Below the pieces are notes generated by a model. It was not told where the DNA came from, searched no databases, and saw nothing but the letters and a program-made list of their open reading frames with translations. From Chiloscyllium plagiosum (lineage: Eukaryota), in the NCBI RefSeq assembly GCF_004010195.1, contig NC_057720.1, positions 27,143,792-27,163,791 of the forward strand: DNA of 20,000 nucleotides. The letters are read 5' to 3'. The position numbers and the translations under genes were made by a program. This document shows, piece by piece, positions 1 through 9,943 of this stretch (the stretch's first letter is position 1; each line of letters starts with the position of its first letter).

Positions 1-876
1 GCCTTGTAGGTATCAGCTGGGCACCTCTTCTTAAGATCATAAGATCATCACTGTCCTTTGTGACCCCCTCACAACTGATCCTACACTAGCCTCATCACAA
101 CGTTCTATAAGATGTCCGATCCCTCTCCAAGCTCAAAATGCCTTGGACTTACCACACTGGTCCTCTTGTCATCTTCTTCATGCAGCTGCTCACTCTGGAA
201 GAACTGCTGGTCAATCACATCACCAGCCGCTCTCAAGGACAGGACTCCTTTGCACTGAAAAGAGAAAGTCTGACCCTCAGCTTGTAAAAGCCACCTGCTT
301 TGTGATATTGTTGAAGCGCTTAGCATTTTTGGTCGGTCAACTTGCAAACAATTCTTCTCACAGGAGGGAGGTGTAATAGTGAACACTACGCCTCCCACCT
401 CATAAAATTCAATCCGTAAATTTCCTTGTTGAACATGAACAATTAAAGTTTGATCCTCCCACATTAACAAAATCATTCTATCAGAAGTGAAAAATTACAC
501 TCTTTTCATATCCATTGTCCCTCCCTTGCCCACTTCAACCTCTCAACAGTGTTTAATATAGTCAAACACTCCTTGAATATATTTCTTCTGTTTCCCAATT
601 TGGTGGGACAGCATTAATTTAATCTATCCTTATTAAATAATTTGAATACACAGCCTCTCCAGAATTAGCTTCTCTTTCCACCCACACTCTGCCAAAATTC
701 AATTTTTGCTCCCTCCTCTTCTGCATGTGCTACCCTGAGATGCAAGCAGAGGTCAGTCTCCACATATACCCCCAATGAAACCCAGCTCTGCTATTCCAGT
801 ACCTTTCTCAACTCACACTCTACTTCTAAGCTGTTGAACTGCTTGTCTCACATTAGGTGGAACCTACTGCTCCTGA

Positions 877-2236
877 CATAGAGTCATAGAGATGTACAGC
901 ACGGAAACAGATCCTTCGGTCCAACATGTCCATGCCAACCAGATATCCCAACTCAATCTAGTCCCACCTGCCAGCACCTGGCCCAAATCCCTCCAATCCC
1001 TCCCTATTCATATTCATATACCCACCCAAATGCCTCTTAAATATTGCAATTGTACCAGCCTCCACCACATCCTCTGGCAGCTCATTCCATACACGTACCA
1101 CCCTCTGTGTGAAAAGGTTGCCCCTTAGTTCTCTTTTATATCTTTCCCCTCTCACCCTAAACCTATGCCCTCTAGTTCTGGACTCCCTGACTCCAGGGAA
1201 AAGACTTTGTCTATTTATCCTATCCATGCCCCTTATAATTCTGTAAACCTCTATAANNNNNNNNNNNNNNNNNNNNNNNNNNNNNNNNNNNNNNNNNNNN
1301 NNNNNNNNNNNNNNNNNNNNNNNNNNNNNNNNNNNNNNNNNNNNNNNNNNNNNNNNNNNNNNNNNNNNNNNNNNNNNNNNNNNNNNNNNNNNNNNNNNNN
1401 NNNNNNNNNNNNNNNNNNNNNNNNNNNNNNNNNNNNNNNNNNNNNNNNNNNNNNNNNNNNNNNNNNNNNNNNNNNNNNNNNNNNNNNNNNNNNNNNNNNN
1501 NNNNNNNNNNNNNNNNNNNNNNNNNNNNNNNNNNNNNNNNNNNNNNNNNNNNNNNNNNNNNNNNNNNNNNNNNNNNNNNNNNNNNNNNNNNNNNNNNNNN
1601 NNNNNNNNNNNNNNNNNNNNNNNNNNNNNNNNNNNNNNNNNNNNNNNNNNNNNNNNNNNNNNNNNNNNNNNNNNNNNNNNNNNNNNNNNNNNNNNNNNNN
1701 NNNNNNNNNNNNNNNNNNNNNNNNNNNNNNNNNNNNNNNNNNNNNNNNNNNNNNNNNNNNNNNNNNNNNNNNNNNNNNNNNNNNNNNNNNNNNNNNNNNN
1801 NNNNNNNNNNNNNNNNNNNNNNNNNNNNNNNNNNNNNAAACTCAATCAAGTTTGTGAGACATGATTTCCCATGTACAAAGCCATGTTGACTATCCCTAAT
1901 CAGTCCTTGCCTTTCCAAATACATGTACATCCTGTCCCTCAGGATTCCCTCCAACAACTTGCTCACCACCGATGTCAGGCTCACTGGTCTATAGTTCCCT
2001 GGCTTGCCTTTACTGCCCTTCTTAAACAGTGGCACCATGTTTGCCAACCTCCAGTCTTCCGGCACCTCACCTATGACTATCGATGATACAAATATCTCAG
2101 CAAGAGCCTCAGCAATCACTTCTCTAGCTTCCCACAGAGTTCTCGGGTACACATTATCAGGTCCTGGGGATTTATCCACCTTTAACCCTTTCAAGACATC
2201 CAGCACTTCCTCCTCTGTAATCTGGACATTTTGCAA
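877..2236 (-). mobile_element. 5'-truncated CR1-clade LINE (ORF2 reverse transcriptase fragment plus 3' UTR), interrupted by an assembly gap
   Basis: Minus-strand translation has CR1 RT motifs (VDKSPGPDNVYPRTL, PEDWRLANMVPLFKKG, PGNYRPVSLTSVVSKLLE, DSQHGF..GKSCLTNLIEF) and the C-terminus (RTRGHRFRVRG...FTQRVVRVWNELPEDVVEAG). It ends in a (TCTATGAC)n tail, seen on + as catagagtcatagag at 877. Confidence 0.95.
1257..1838. other. Assembly gap (582 N)
   Basis: Run of N. Confidence 1.
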
Positions 2237-2420
2237 TGGTAGGTTTGAAGATGGGAACAGTATTTATTGGGTGTCTTCTCACCTCCACCAAAATTAAATT
2301 TTATATGGAAGGACTCAGAGTCAATCTTTCTATCCCACTGACAATTGAGGCCTTTGTCATCAATTTAGGGGCACTTAATGGCCTCAGTCTTTGGGATTAA
2401 CTCAGTCGTAAACAGACAGT

Positions 2421-3296
2421 GTGTTAAATTTTGCCAATGACACTAAGATGAGAAGCAGGGCAAAGTGTGCAGAGGACTGTGAAACTTTGCAGAGGAACAT
2501 AAATACTAAAAGTGAGTGGTCAAAGGTCGAGCAGATGGAATCCAATGTTAGTAAATGTAAAGTCATCCATTTGGTAGGAGTAACATTAAAAAAGACTATA
2601 ACTTGAATTGTAAAAAGTTACAGCATGCTGCTATACTGAGGGACCTGAGCATGAAACATAGAAGGTTGGTCTACAGTAACAACGGGTAATTAGGAAGGCA
2701 AATGGAATTTTGTCCTTCATTGCTAAAGAGATTAAGTTTAAAAGCAGGGAGGTTATGTTGCAACTGTATAGAGTGCTGATGAGACCACACCTGGAGAACT
2801 GCGTGCAGTTTTGGTCTCCTTACTTGAGAAAGGATGTACTGGCACTGGAGGGGATGCAGAGGAGGTTCACTCGGTTGATTCTAGAGTTAATGGGTGTTGG
2901 CTTATGAGGAGAGACTGAGTAAACTGGGATTATATTCATTGGAATTTAGATGAATGAGGGGGAATCTTATGGAAACATATAAAATTATGAAAGGAATAAA
3001 TAAGATGTTTCCACTGGCATGTGAAACTAGGACAAGAGGACATAGCCTCAAAATTAGGGGGAGCAGATACAGGACTGAATTGAGAAGGAACTTTTTCACC
3101 CAGAGAGTTGTGAATCTATGGAATTCCCTGCCCAGTGAAATAGTTAAGGAATTAAGGGTTACTGTGCGAGGGCGGGTGAGTGGAGCTGAGGCCACAAAAA
3201 GATCAGCCATGATCTTATTGTACGCCAGAGCAGGCTCAAACAGCCAGATGGCCTCCCCCAGCTCCAAGTTCTTATGTTCTTATGTTGTGTTCTTAT
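2421..3296 (+). mobile_element. Degenerate 5'-truncated CR1 LINE (second subfamily)
   Basis: Frameshifted ORF pieces FANDTK (FADD motif), MLQLYRVLMRPHLENCVQFWSPYLRKD and RTRGHSLKIRG...FFTQRVVNLWNSLP. The 3' tail is TTCTTATG repeats at 3269-3296, with an internal deletion near 3145. Confidence 0.92.
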
Positions 3297-3946
3297 ATTG
3301 CCCTGTTATGTTTACTCTAGTTATTACTCCATGTGAAGCCTGTCACCTCTGGTCATAGGTAGGGGAGTTGGTCCTGACTCAAAGGGAATCAACGACTGAT
3401 TGAGGGACTGATTGAACCCGACACTCCCACAAACTCCAAACTGAGAAAACAATAACCCCACCATATGATAACTTTGTCCTTGGTCGTCCTGGCACAAGAA
3501 ACCTTGTCTATCAGCAGCCACAGCCTTCTCTGTAGCTGATTGGGTGGCAGCTTTCAATGCAACTTGTTGCTAATACTTAAATAAATATTCTTCCAATAAT
3601 TAATTTAATAGTTTTTATGGAAAATATTTAGTATGCGAGAACGTTTAAGGAATTTTTACACCTTCCATAAGGCCAGTTTAAGTGAAGCGGCCTTAACAGT
3701 AGTGACACTGGTGGTGATTAACACAAGGTATTAACACAGGGTAAGCTGTCAGAGGACTCAAAGGAAATCTGAATTACATAATTTATGAGGTAGATAGGGA
3801 AGGGTGATAGCGAATAGACAAATGTAATCAGCAGATTCATAAAACAGCCACCTATTCCTAATTAACTTACACATTGTAATTCAAAGATTTTACGATACTA
3901 CTTATGTAGTTGCAGCCAATGAGTGCAGGGTTCATTGAATAAGACA

Positions 3947-4052
3947 GAACTTAAATATCTCTAGCACCTTGTCATGTTCTTGGGACAACCCAAAGCACTT
4001 TCTAACCAATGAATTCATCTTTGATGTGTAATCACTTGTGTTAGGCAAGAAA
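3947..4052 (-). mobile_element. Ancient SINE/L2-type 3' tail remnant (possibly Deu-domain SINE related)
   Basis: + strand aacttaaatatctctagcaccttg...cccaaagcactttctaaccaatgaa...gtgtaatcact resembles, from memory, the reverse complement of the L2-derived tail of chondrichthyan Deu-SINEs. Highly diverged. Confidence 0.4.
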
Positions 4053-6887
4053 ATTACATTTTACTTTTTATGACGCTGTATTTTACCACCTCAAGCAGCA
4101 ATGTTGAGGGGTGCATTGAGAAAATTGAACTATTATTGTTTTGTATTTTTGAAATCAATGGCCTTATTCTGGAAGATAACCTGATAAGAATAGAAGCTAG
4201 AACATTACATATATTTTCTATATTGCATGTATCAATACTTGATTATATCTTTTTAAGTCATCAGTTTCTACATTTTTCTTTTCCTGCTGTTTAAAATATA
4301 GAACTTTGCTTCCAACTCACAACACAGAGCACTCAAATGCAACCAGTAGTTAACTGCAGTTAAGGCTCTGTGGATTGAAACCTGATATTTAGAATGCATT
4401 ATAGACAATAAGAAAGTTTAGTGAGGTTGTCCAATAGAACGCACTTTAATTTGCAAATTCCATAATGGAATCCCAAACACACTGCATAGTGCATGAATGC
4501 TTATGATGAGACTTTGATAGAACATTGTTTTGCAATGCTGGCATTAAAATGGAATTAGGGCTCTGCTAGACAGCTACGAGAGTGACACTAGACTTGATTG
4601 ATTACAATGCAGACAGCTGGAGTAAATAACCTCTTCAGTCTTGTTTTGAACTGACTGTAAACGTTAATATTTTGAATCCTGTATGAAAGAGTATTTCAAA
4701 GCGTGCATGCCTTCAAATCAAATAATCTGGAGTCTGAGCAGGTCTCAGCAAAGATTGTGCAGAAAGGAATGTGAAACCAAATCAGGTAATTGTGGGTGCC
4801 TTTACGTGAGTTAATTCAGCTCAAATGGAATGACTTTCATACAGGAAACAGATATCAAGAGAAATTCTGTATACGAAAAACTCATCTGTATTAAAGCAGA
4901 TTGGAATTGCTTTCTCAAAGGGACTGAACTGAATAAAACATGAATGAGAAAATGCAGATAAACTGAATAACTGAACACGGTCCTTTCAAATTGTGAACCT
5001 AGATTTGAATCTGGCTAATGAAATTAAAAAAAAGTGAATTAGTTATTGTGCACTTGGGGCATTTTCAAACTATACCTGAAAGGATTAAGTTCATGCTCAA
5101 ACTATCAACAGGTTGTCATAAATTAAAAGTCTTGTTTTTAAATAGGCACATGAGGAAATTAGGTTATGTAAAACTAGAAATTTGTATATGAAATTGATTG
5201 TTTGAAAAGTTTGGAGCTAAATTATGCTGCTGGGAACATGTAGGTTATCCAGAATCTAAACTGTTATATTTGATCTGGGCATGGCTGGTCCTGAAAATAG
5301 GTGGAAGATGTTTCATTCACAAGTAATAATATCCCTGATTAATAAACACAAATACTTTCCTCCAAATTAAATATAGAAATACCATCTAGCCTAAATGAAA
5401 TGATTGCTGTAAGAATGTTTTGAACAACTTACCTGGTCTTTGATAATTAAAACTTTTATTCACTTTGTATGTGAAGCACATAACTAACAAAATTCCATGA
5501 AGATCCATCCAATATGAAATAGACCATCACATAAGAATAAACAAGATTTCAAGATCCGTTTTCCATTCTGTATGAATTATATTCAGATGTTTGGTAACAA
5601 ATGGTTGATTCTCTGTGGAAAGGTTCTGTAGATCCTGTATTAAATAGACTCATAAGGACAGTTGTTAACATTAATTTTCTCTTACACTGATCAGGAAATC
5701 AGAGAATTTACTGTTATTTGTTGATAACTTTCATTTATTTGAGTTAATATGCTCATATTCTGTAGCAACTCGATCAATTATGTTAAATGGTTAGCTAATC
5801 GATCAGCTGCAATGCAGACTGAACCACTAAATCTTCCCTGGATGAATCTGGAACTGAATCTTATAAAATCACAGAGGGTTATTAATGGTAGTCTGAGCAC
5901 TGACTTTCTTTCGTGGCTCCAGAAGTCAGTAATGCAAAAGACTGTTAACTGCATGATGTCTGTGCAAAGTAATTTTACACACTGAGAAGTGTTATGGGTC
6001 TGAGAGTGAAGCCCATTATATCAGGAGATGCTGTTTGATACTCAGCATCTTAGATACCAAGATTAATTTACAGCATTCCTGAAGCATTAGGTCCTTTCAC
6101 AGGATTTGCAAATGGTGAGAACGGTTTAGAACAATTTCCAAATGGTAAGGTTAATTGAATTGTTTTCTGAAGGGTGGGATTTATTTCAACAGGATACTTT
6201 TAGGGGGGAAATATTTGAAATATAATGATTTTTACACAGTCCCTGAAGTATGAAGTCACTTTAAAGAGAGTGTCTCGCCATCAGGATAATTTTTAAGGAG
6301 TGAGGCTCTCAGGATTTTCCTCCATTTATGAGAGTGAGGTCACCATACGTTTTATTGTTCTCTTAATCCTGTGTGATTATAGGCAGTCTGCACATTTGAT
6401 TTACCCGTAACCACCATTGATACGGATATATAATCAGATAGTTTCAGAAAAAGAAATCTCATACTTCTCCTAGCACAAAAAAAGCCTTGCATTTTCTGAA
6501 ACTTCCAGTGGTCCCTTTAAGGCTTACTTGTTAAGTCTCTTCACATCTGGAAAAAATGAGATTGACGTGTGCTTTGTTGTTTTCTTTTTGAAAGGTTTCT
6601 ATAACAGGCATGTCATCTCAGCTTTCACATTTAAATATCATCCTTCCTGCTTTGGGTGTGGTGCCTTTCAGTTCACTTCACAGAGAATGTGCACACAGGT
6701 CTCAATGAGATTTCCAACTGTGTACACCAACTTTCTCAGGTGAGAAAGGGGCATATTTTCAAAGTTACCGCTCTCTTTCCCACCAATATTCAGAAATGGT
6801 GTATAATGCAGAAAGTAGAAGTACCTGTGTATATTATAGAGGATTGCAGTGCATGTGTATATAAAACCATAATTATTGTTTCAGTTA

Positions 6888-7206
6888 CAGAGTCATAGAG
6901 TCATAGAGATGTACAGCACGGAGACAGACCCTTTTGTCCAACATGCTGATCAGATATCCCAACCCAATCTAATCTCACCTGCCAGCACCCAGCCCATATC
7001 CCTCCAAACTCTTCCTATTCATATACCCATCCAAATGCCTTTTAAATGTTGCAATTGTACCAGCCTCCACCACTTCCTCTGGCAGCTCATTCCATACACG
7101 CACCACCCTCTGTGTGAAAAGATGTCCCTTACGTCTCCCCTATATCTTTCCCCTCTCACCCTAAACTTATGCCCTCTAGTTCTAGACTCCCCCACCCTGG
7201 GAGAAA
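6888..7206 (-). mobile_element. CR1 LINE 3' end (segment 1 of a CR1 split by two PLE insertions)
   Basis: Near-identical to 877-1200 and 19429-19720. It has a (TCTATGAC)n tail at 6888-6908 and encodes VGESRTRGHKFRVRGERY. Confidence 0.95.
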
Positions 7207-7293
7207 GTGAGGACTGCAGATGCTGGAGATCAGAGCTTAAAAATGTGTTGCTGGAAAAGCGCAGCAGGTCAGGCAGCATCAAAGGAGCAGGAG

Positions 7294-7329
7294 AATCGAC
7301 GTTTCGGGCATAAGCCCTTCTTCAGGAAT
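7294..7329 (-). ncRNA. Minimal type I hammerhead ribozyme motif, intact core
   Basis: Minus strand reads AUUC CUGAAGA A GGGC-UUAU-GCCC GAAA C GUC^GAUU. It has the CUGANGA box (7325-7319), a 4-bp stem II, GAAA (7305-7302), a palindromic ACGU helix III and a GUC cleavage triplet (7300-7298). Helix I is short (AUUC/GAUU with one U.U mismatch). Confidence 0.8.
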
Positions 7330-7480
7330 GAGGAGGGTGTGCCAAGCAGGCTAAGATAAAAGGTAGGGAGGAGGGACTTTGGGGAGGGGTGTTGGGAATG
7401 CGATAGGTGGAAGGAGGTTAAGGTGAGGGTGATAGGCCGGAGAGGGGGTGGGGCGGAGAGGTCGGGAAGAAGCTTGCAGG

Positions 7481-7975
7481 TCAAGAAGGTGGTGCTGAGT
7501 CTGAGGGTTGGGACTGAGAAAAGGTGGGTGGAGGGGAAATGAGGAAGCTGGAGAAATCTGAGTTCATCCCTTGTGGTTGGAGAGTTCCTAGGCAGAAGAT
7601 GAGGCGCTCTCCCTCCAGGCGTCGTGTTGCCATGGTCTGGTGATGGAGGAGGCCAAGGACCTGCATGTCCTTGGCGGAGTGGGAGGGGGAGTTAAAGTGT
7701 TCAGCCACGGGGCAGTTGGGTTGGTCGGTGCGGGTGTCCCAGAGGTGTTCTCTGAAACGTTCCGCAAGTAGGCGGCCTGTCTCTCCAATGTATAGGAGGC
7801 CACATTGGGTGCAGCGGATGCAGTAAATGATGTGTGTGGAGGTGCAGGCGAGTTTCTGATGGATATGGACGGATCCCTTGGAGCCTTGGAGGGAAGTGAG
7901 GGGGGAGGTGTGGGCACAAGTTTTGCATTTCTTGCGGTTGCAGGGGAAGGTGCTGGGAGTGGAGGTTGGGTTGTT
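7481..7975 (-). pseudogene. PLE GIY-YIG endonuclease domain, stop-free frame but probably catalytically dead
   Basis: Manual translation shows one open frame from about 7975 to the stop at 7481 with IIY...YIG, RF.EH, EHFN and P.GMN. RRLEGERLIF has Gly where copy 2 has Glu (RRLEEECLIF). Confidence 0.85.
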
Positions 7976-8208
7976 GGGGTTGTGGATCTGATGAGGGAGT
8001 CGCGGAGGGAGTGGTCTTTCCGGAACACTAATAGGGGTGGGGAGGGAAATATATCCTTGGTGGTGGGGTCTGTTTGGAGGTGGCAGAAATGACGAAGGAT
8101 GATACGATGTATCTGGAGGTTGGTGGGGTGGTAGGTGAGGACCAGTGGGGTTCTGTCCTGATGGCGATTGGAGGAGCGGGGTTCAAGGGTGGAGAAGCGG
8201 GAAGTAGA

Positions 8209-8596
8209 GGAGAAAAGACCTTGTCTATTTATCCTAACCATACTCCTCATGAGTTTATAAACCTCTATAAGGTCACCCGTCAGCCTCCGATGATCCAGAA
8301 AAAAACAGCCCCAGCCTGTTCAACCTCTCCCCATAGCTCAAATCCTCCAACCCTGCCAACATCCTTGCAAATCTTTTCTGAACCTTTTCAAGTTTCACAA
8401 CATCCTTCTGAAAGGAAGGAGACCAGAATTGCATGCAATATTCCAACAGTGGCCTAATCAATGTCCTGTACAGCACAACATGACCTCCCAACTCCTAACG
8501 CCAAACGCCTTCTTCACTATCCTATCTACCTGCGATTCTACTTTCAAGGAGCTATGAACCTGCACTCCAAGGTCTCTTTGTTCAGCAACACTCCCT
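8209..8596 (-). mobile_element. CR1 LINE segment 2 (between the two PLE insertions)
   Basis: Resumes exactly where segment 1 stops (cf. 1191-1230 ccagggaaaagactttgtctattt). Encodes LYRTLIRPLLEYCMQFWSP...LEKVQKRFARML and EQRDLG, with a short internal deletion near 8497. Confidence 0.93.
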
Positions 8597-8598
8597 TG

Positions 8599-9333
8599 GA
8601 GTCAAGATTAGAGTGGTGTTGGAAAAGCACAGCAGGTCAGGCAACATCGGAGGAGCACGAAAATCAATGTTTCGGGCAGAAGCCCTTCATCAGGAATGAG
8701 GCAGGGAGCCTCTGGGATGGAGAGATAAGTAGGAGGGGGTGGGGCTGGGAAGAAGGTAGCAAAGAGAGCAACAAGTGAATGGAGGTGGGGATAAAGGTGA
8801 TAGGTCGGAGAGGAGGATGGAGCGGATAGGTGGGAAGGAAGATTGACAGGTAGGACAGGTCATGAGGATGGTGCTGACCTGGAAGGTTGGAACTGGGGCA
8901 AAGTGGGAGCGGGGAAATGAGGAAACTGGTGAAGTCCACATTGATGCCCTGGGGTTGAAATGTTCCGAGGCGGAAGATGAGGCATTCTTCCTCCAGGCGT
9001 CTGGTAGTGAGGGAGGAAACCCAGGACCTGCATGTCCTCAGCAGATTGAGAGGGGGAGTTGAAATGTTTGGCCACAGAGTGGTGGGGTTGATTGGTGCGG
9101 GTGTCCCGGAGATGTTCCCTACAGTGCTCTGCGAGAAGATGTACAGTCTCCCCAGTGTAGAGGAGACCGCATCAGGAGCAACAGATACAATAAATGATAT
9201 TGGTCGATGTGCAGGTGAAACTTTGATGGATGTGGAAGGCTCCTTTCGGGCCTTGGATGGAGGTGAGGGGGGAGGTGTGGGTGCAGGTTTTGCAATTCCT
9301 GCGGTGGCAGGGGAAAGTGCCAGGAGGGGTGGG
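8599..9333 (-). mobile_element. Second Neptune-type PLE fragment (GIY-YIG and 3' end), running into the gap
   Basis: Translates PGTFPCHRRNCKTC...NIIYCICCS*CGLLYTGET...EH...AKHFNS...TRRLEEECLIFRLGTFQPQGINVDF, homologous to 7240-7960, with a stop at 9172-9174. Confidence 0.92.
8662..8697 (-). ncRNA. Decayed minimal hammerhead ribozyme motif
   Basis: Minus strand reads AUUC CUGAUGA A GGGC-UUCU-GCCC GAAA C AUU GAUU. The core boxes and stem II are intact; CGUCG has become CAUUG, consistent with CpG decay. Confidence 0.7.
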
Positions 9334-9943
9334 NNNNNNNNNNNNNNNNNNNNNNNNNNNNNNNNNNNNNNNNNNNNNNNNNNNNNNNNNNNNNNNNNNN
9401 NNNNNNNNNNNNNNNNNNNNNNNNNNNNNNNNNNNNNNNNNNNNNNNNNNNNNNNNNNNNNNNNNNNNNNNNNNNNNNNNNNNNNNNNNNNNNNNNNNNN
9501 NNNNNNNNNNNNNNNNNNNNNNNNNNNNNNNNNNNNNNNNNNNNNNNNNNNNNNNNNNNNNNNNNNNNNNNNNNNNNNNNNNNNNNNNNNNNNNNNNNNN
9601 NNNNNNNNNNNNNNNNNNNNNNNNNNNNNNNNNNNNNNNNNNNNNNNNNNNNNNNNNNNNNNNNNNNNNNNNNNNNNNNNNNNNNNNNNNNNNNNNNNNN
9701 NNNNNNNNNNNNNNNNNNNNNNNNNNNNNNNNNNNNNNNNNNNNNNNNNNNNNNNNNNNNNNNNNNNNNNNNNNNNNNNNNNNNNNNNNNNNNNNNNNNN
9801 NNNNNNNNNNNNNNNNNNNNNNNNNNNNNNNNNNNNNNNNNNNNNNNNNNNNNNNNNNNNNNNNNNNNNNNNNNNNNNNNNNNNNNNNNNNNNNNNNNNN
9901 NNNNNNNNNNNNNNNNNNNNNNNNNNNNNNNNNNNNNNNNNNN
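9334..9943. other. Assembly gap (610 N)
   Basis: Run of N. Confidence 1.

Larger units (their letters stand above)
7200..8208 (-). mobile_element. 5'-truncated Penelope-like retroelement, Neptune-type (RT thumb/linker, GIY-YIG endonuclease, 3' end with hammerhead motif)
   Basis: Minus-strand translation RTPLVLTYHP...FPSPPLLVFRKDHSLRDSLIRS is followed, after a frameshift near 7978, by FPCNRKKCKTC...IIYCIRCTQCGLLYIGETGRLLAERFREH...VAEHFN...LIFCLGTLQPQGMN: a Cys-rich linker plus GIY-YIG domain with the CCHH motif typical of PLEs. Confidence 0.93.

Noticed and set aside
105..476. 123-aa minus-strand ORF, and a weak LTR-retrotransposon RT-like phrase on + (LKRESLTLSL*K)
   Set aside because: No convincing motif in any frame and no YxDD; cannot be assigned by eye.
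2344..2388. Imperfect inverted repeat attgaggcc...ggcctcagt, possible MITE/DNA transposon remnant
   Set aside because: Too short, and no terminal inverted repeats or TSD can be defined.
4350..4363. Perfect 14-bp palindrome ttaactgcagttaa
   Set aside because: About one is expected by chance in 20 kb, and there is no supporting context.
5433..5635. Minus-strand coding exon upstream of the perfect donor at 5427-5435
   Set aside because: All three frames contain stops from either plausible acceptor.
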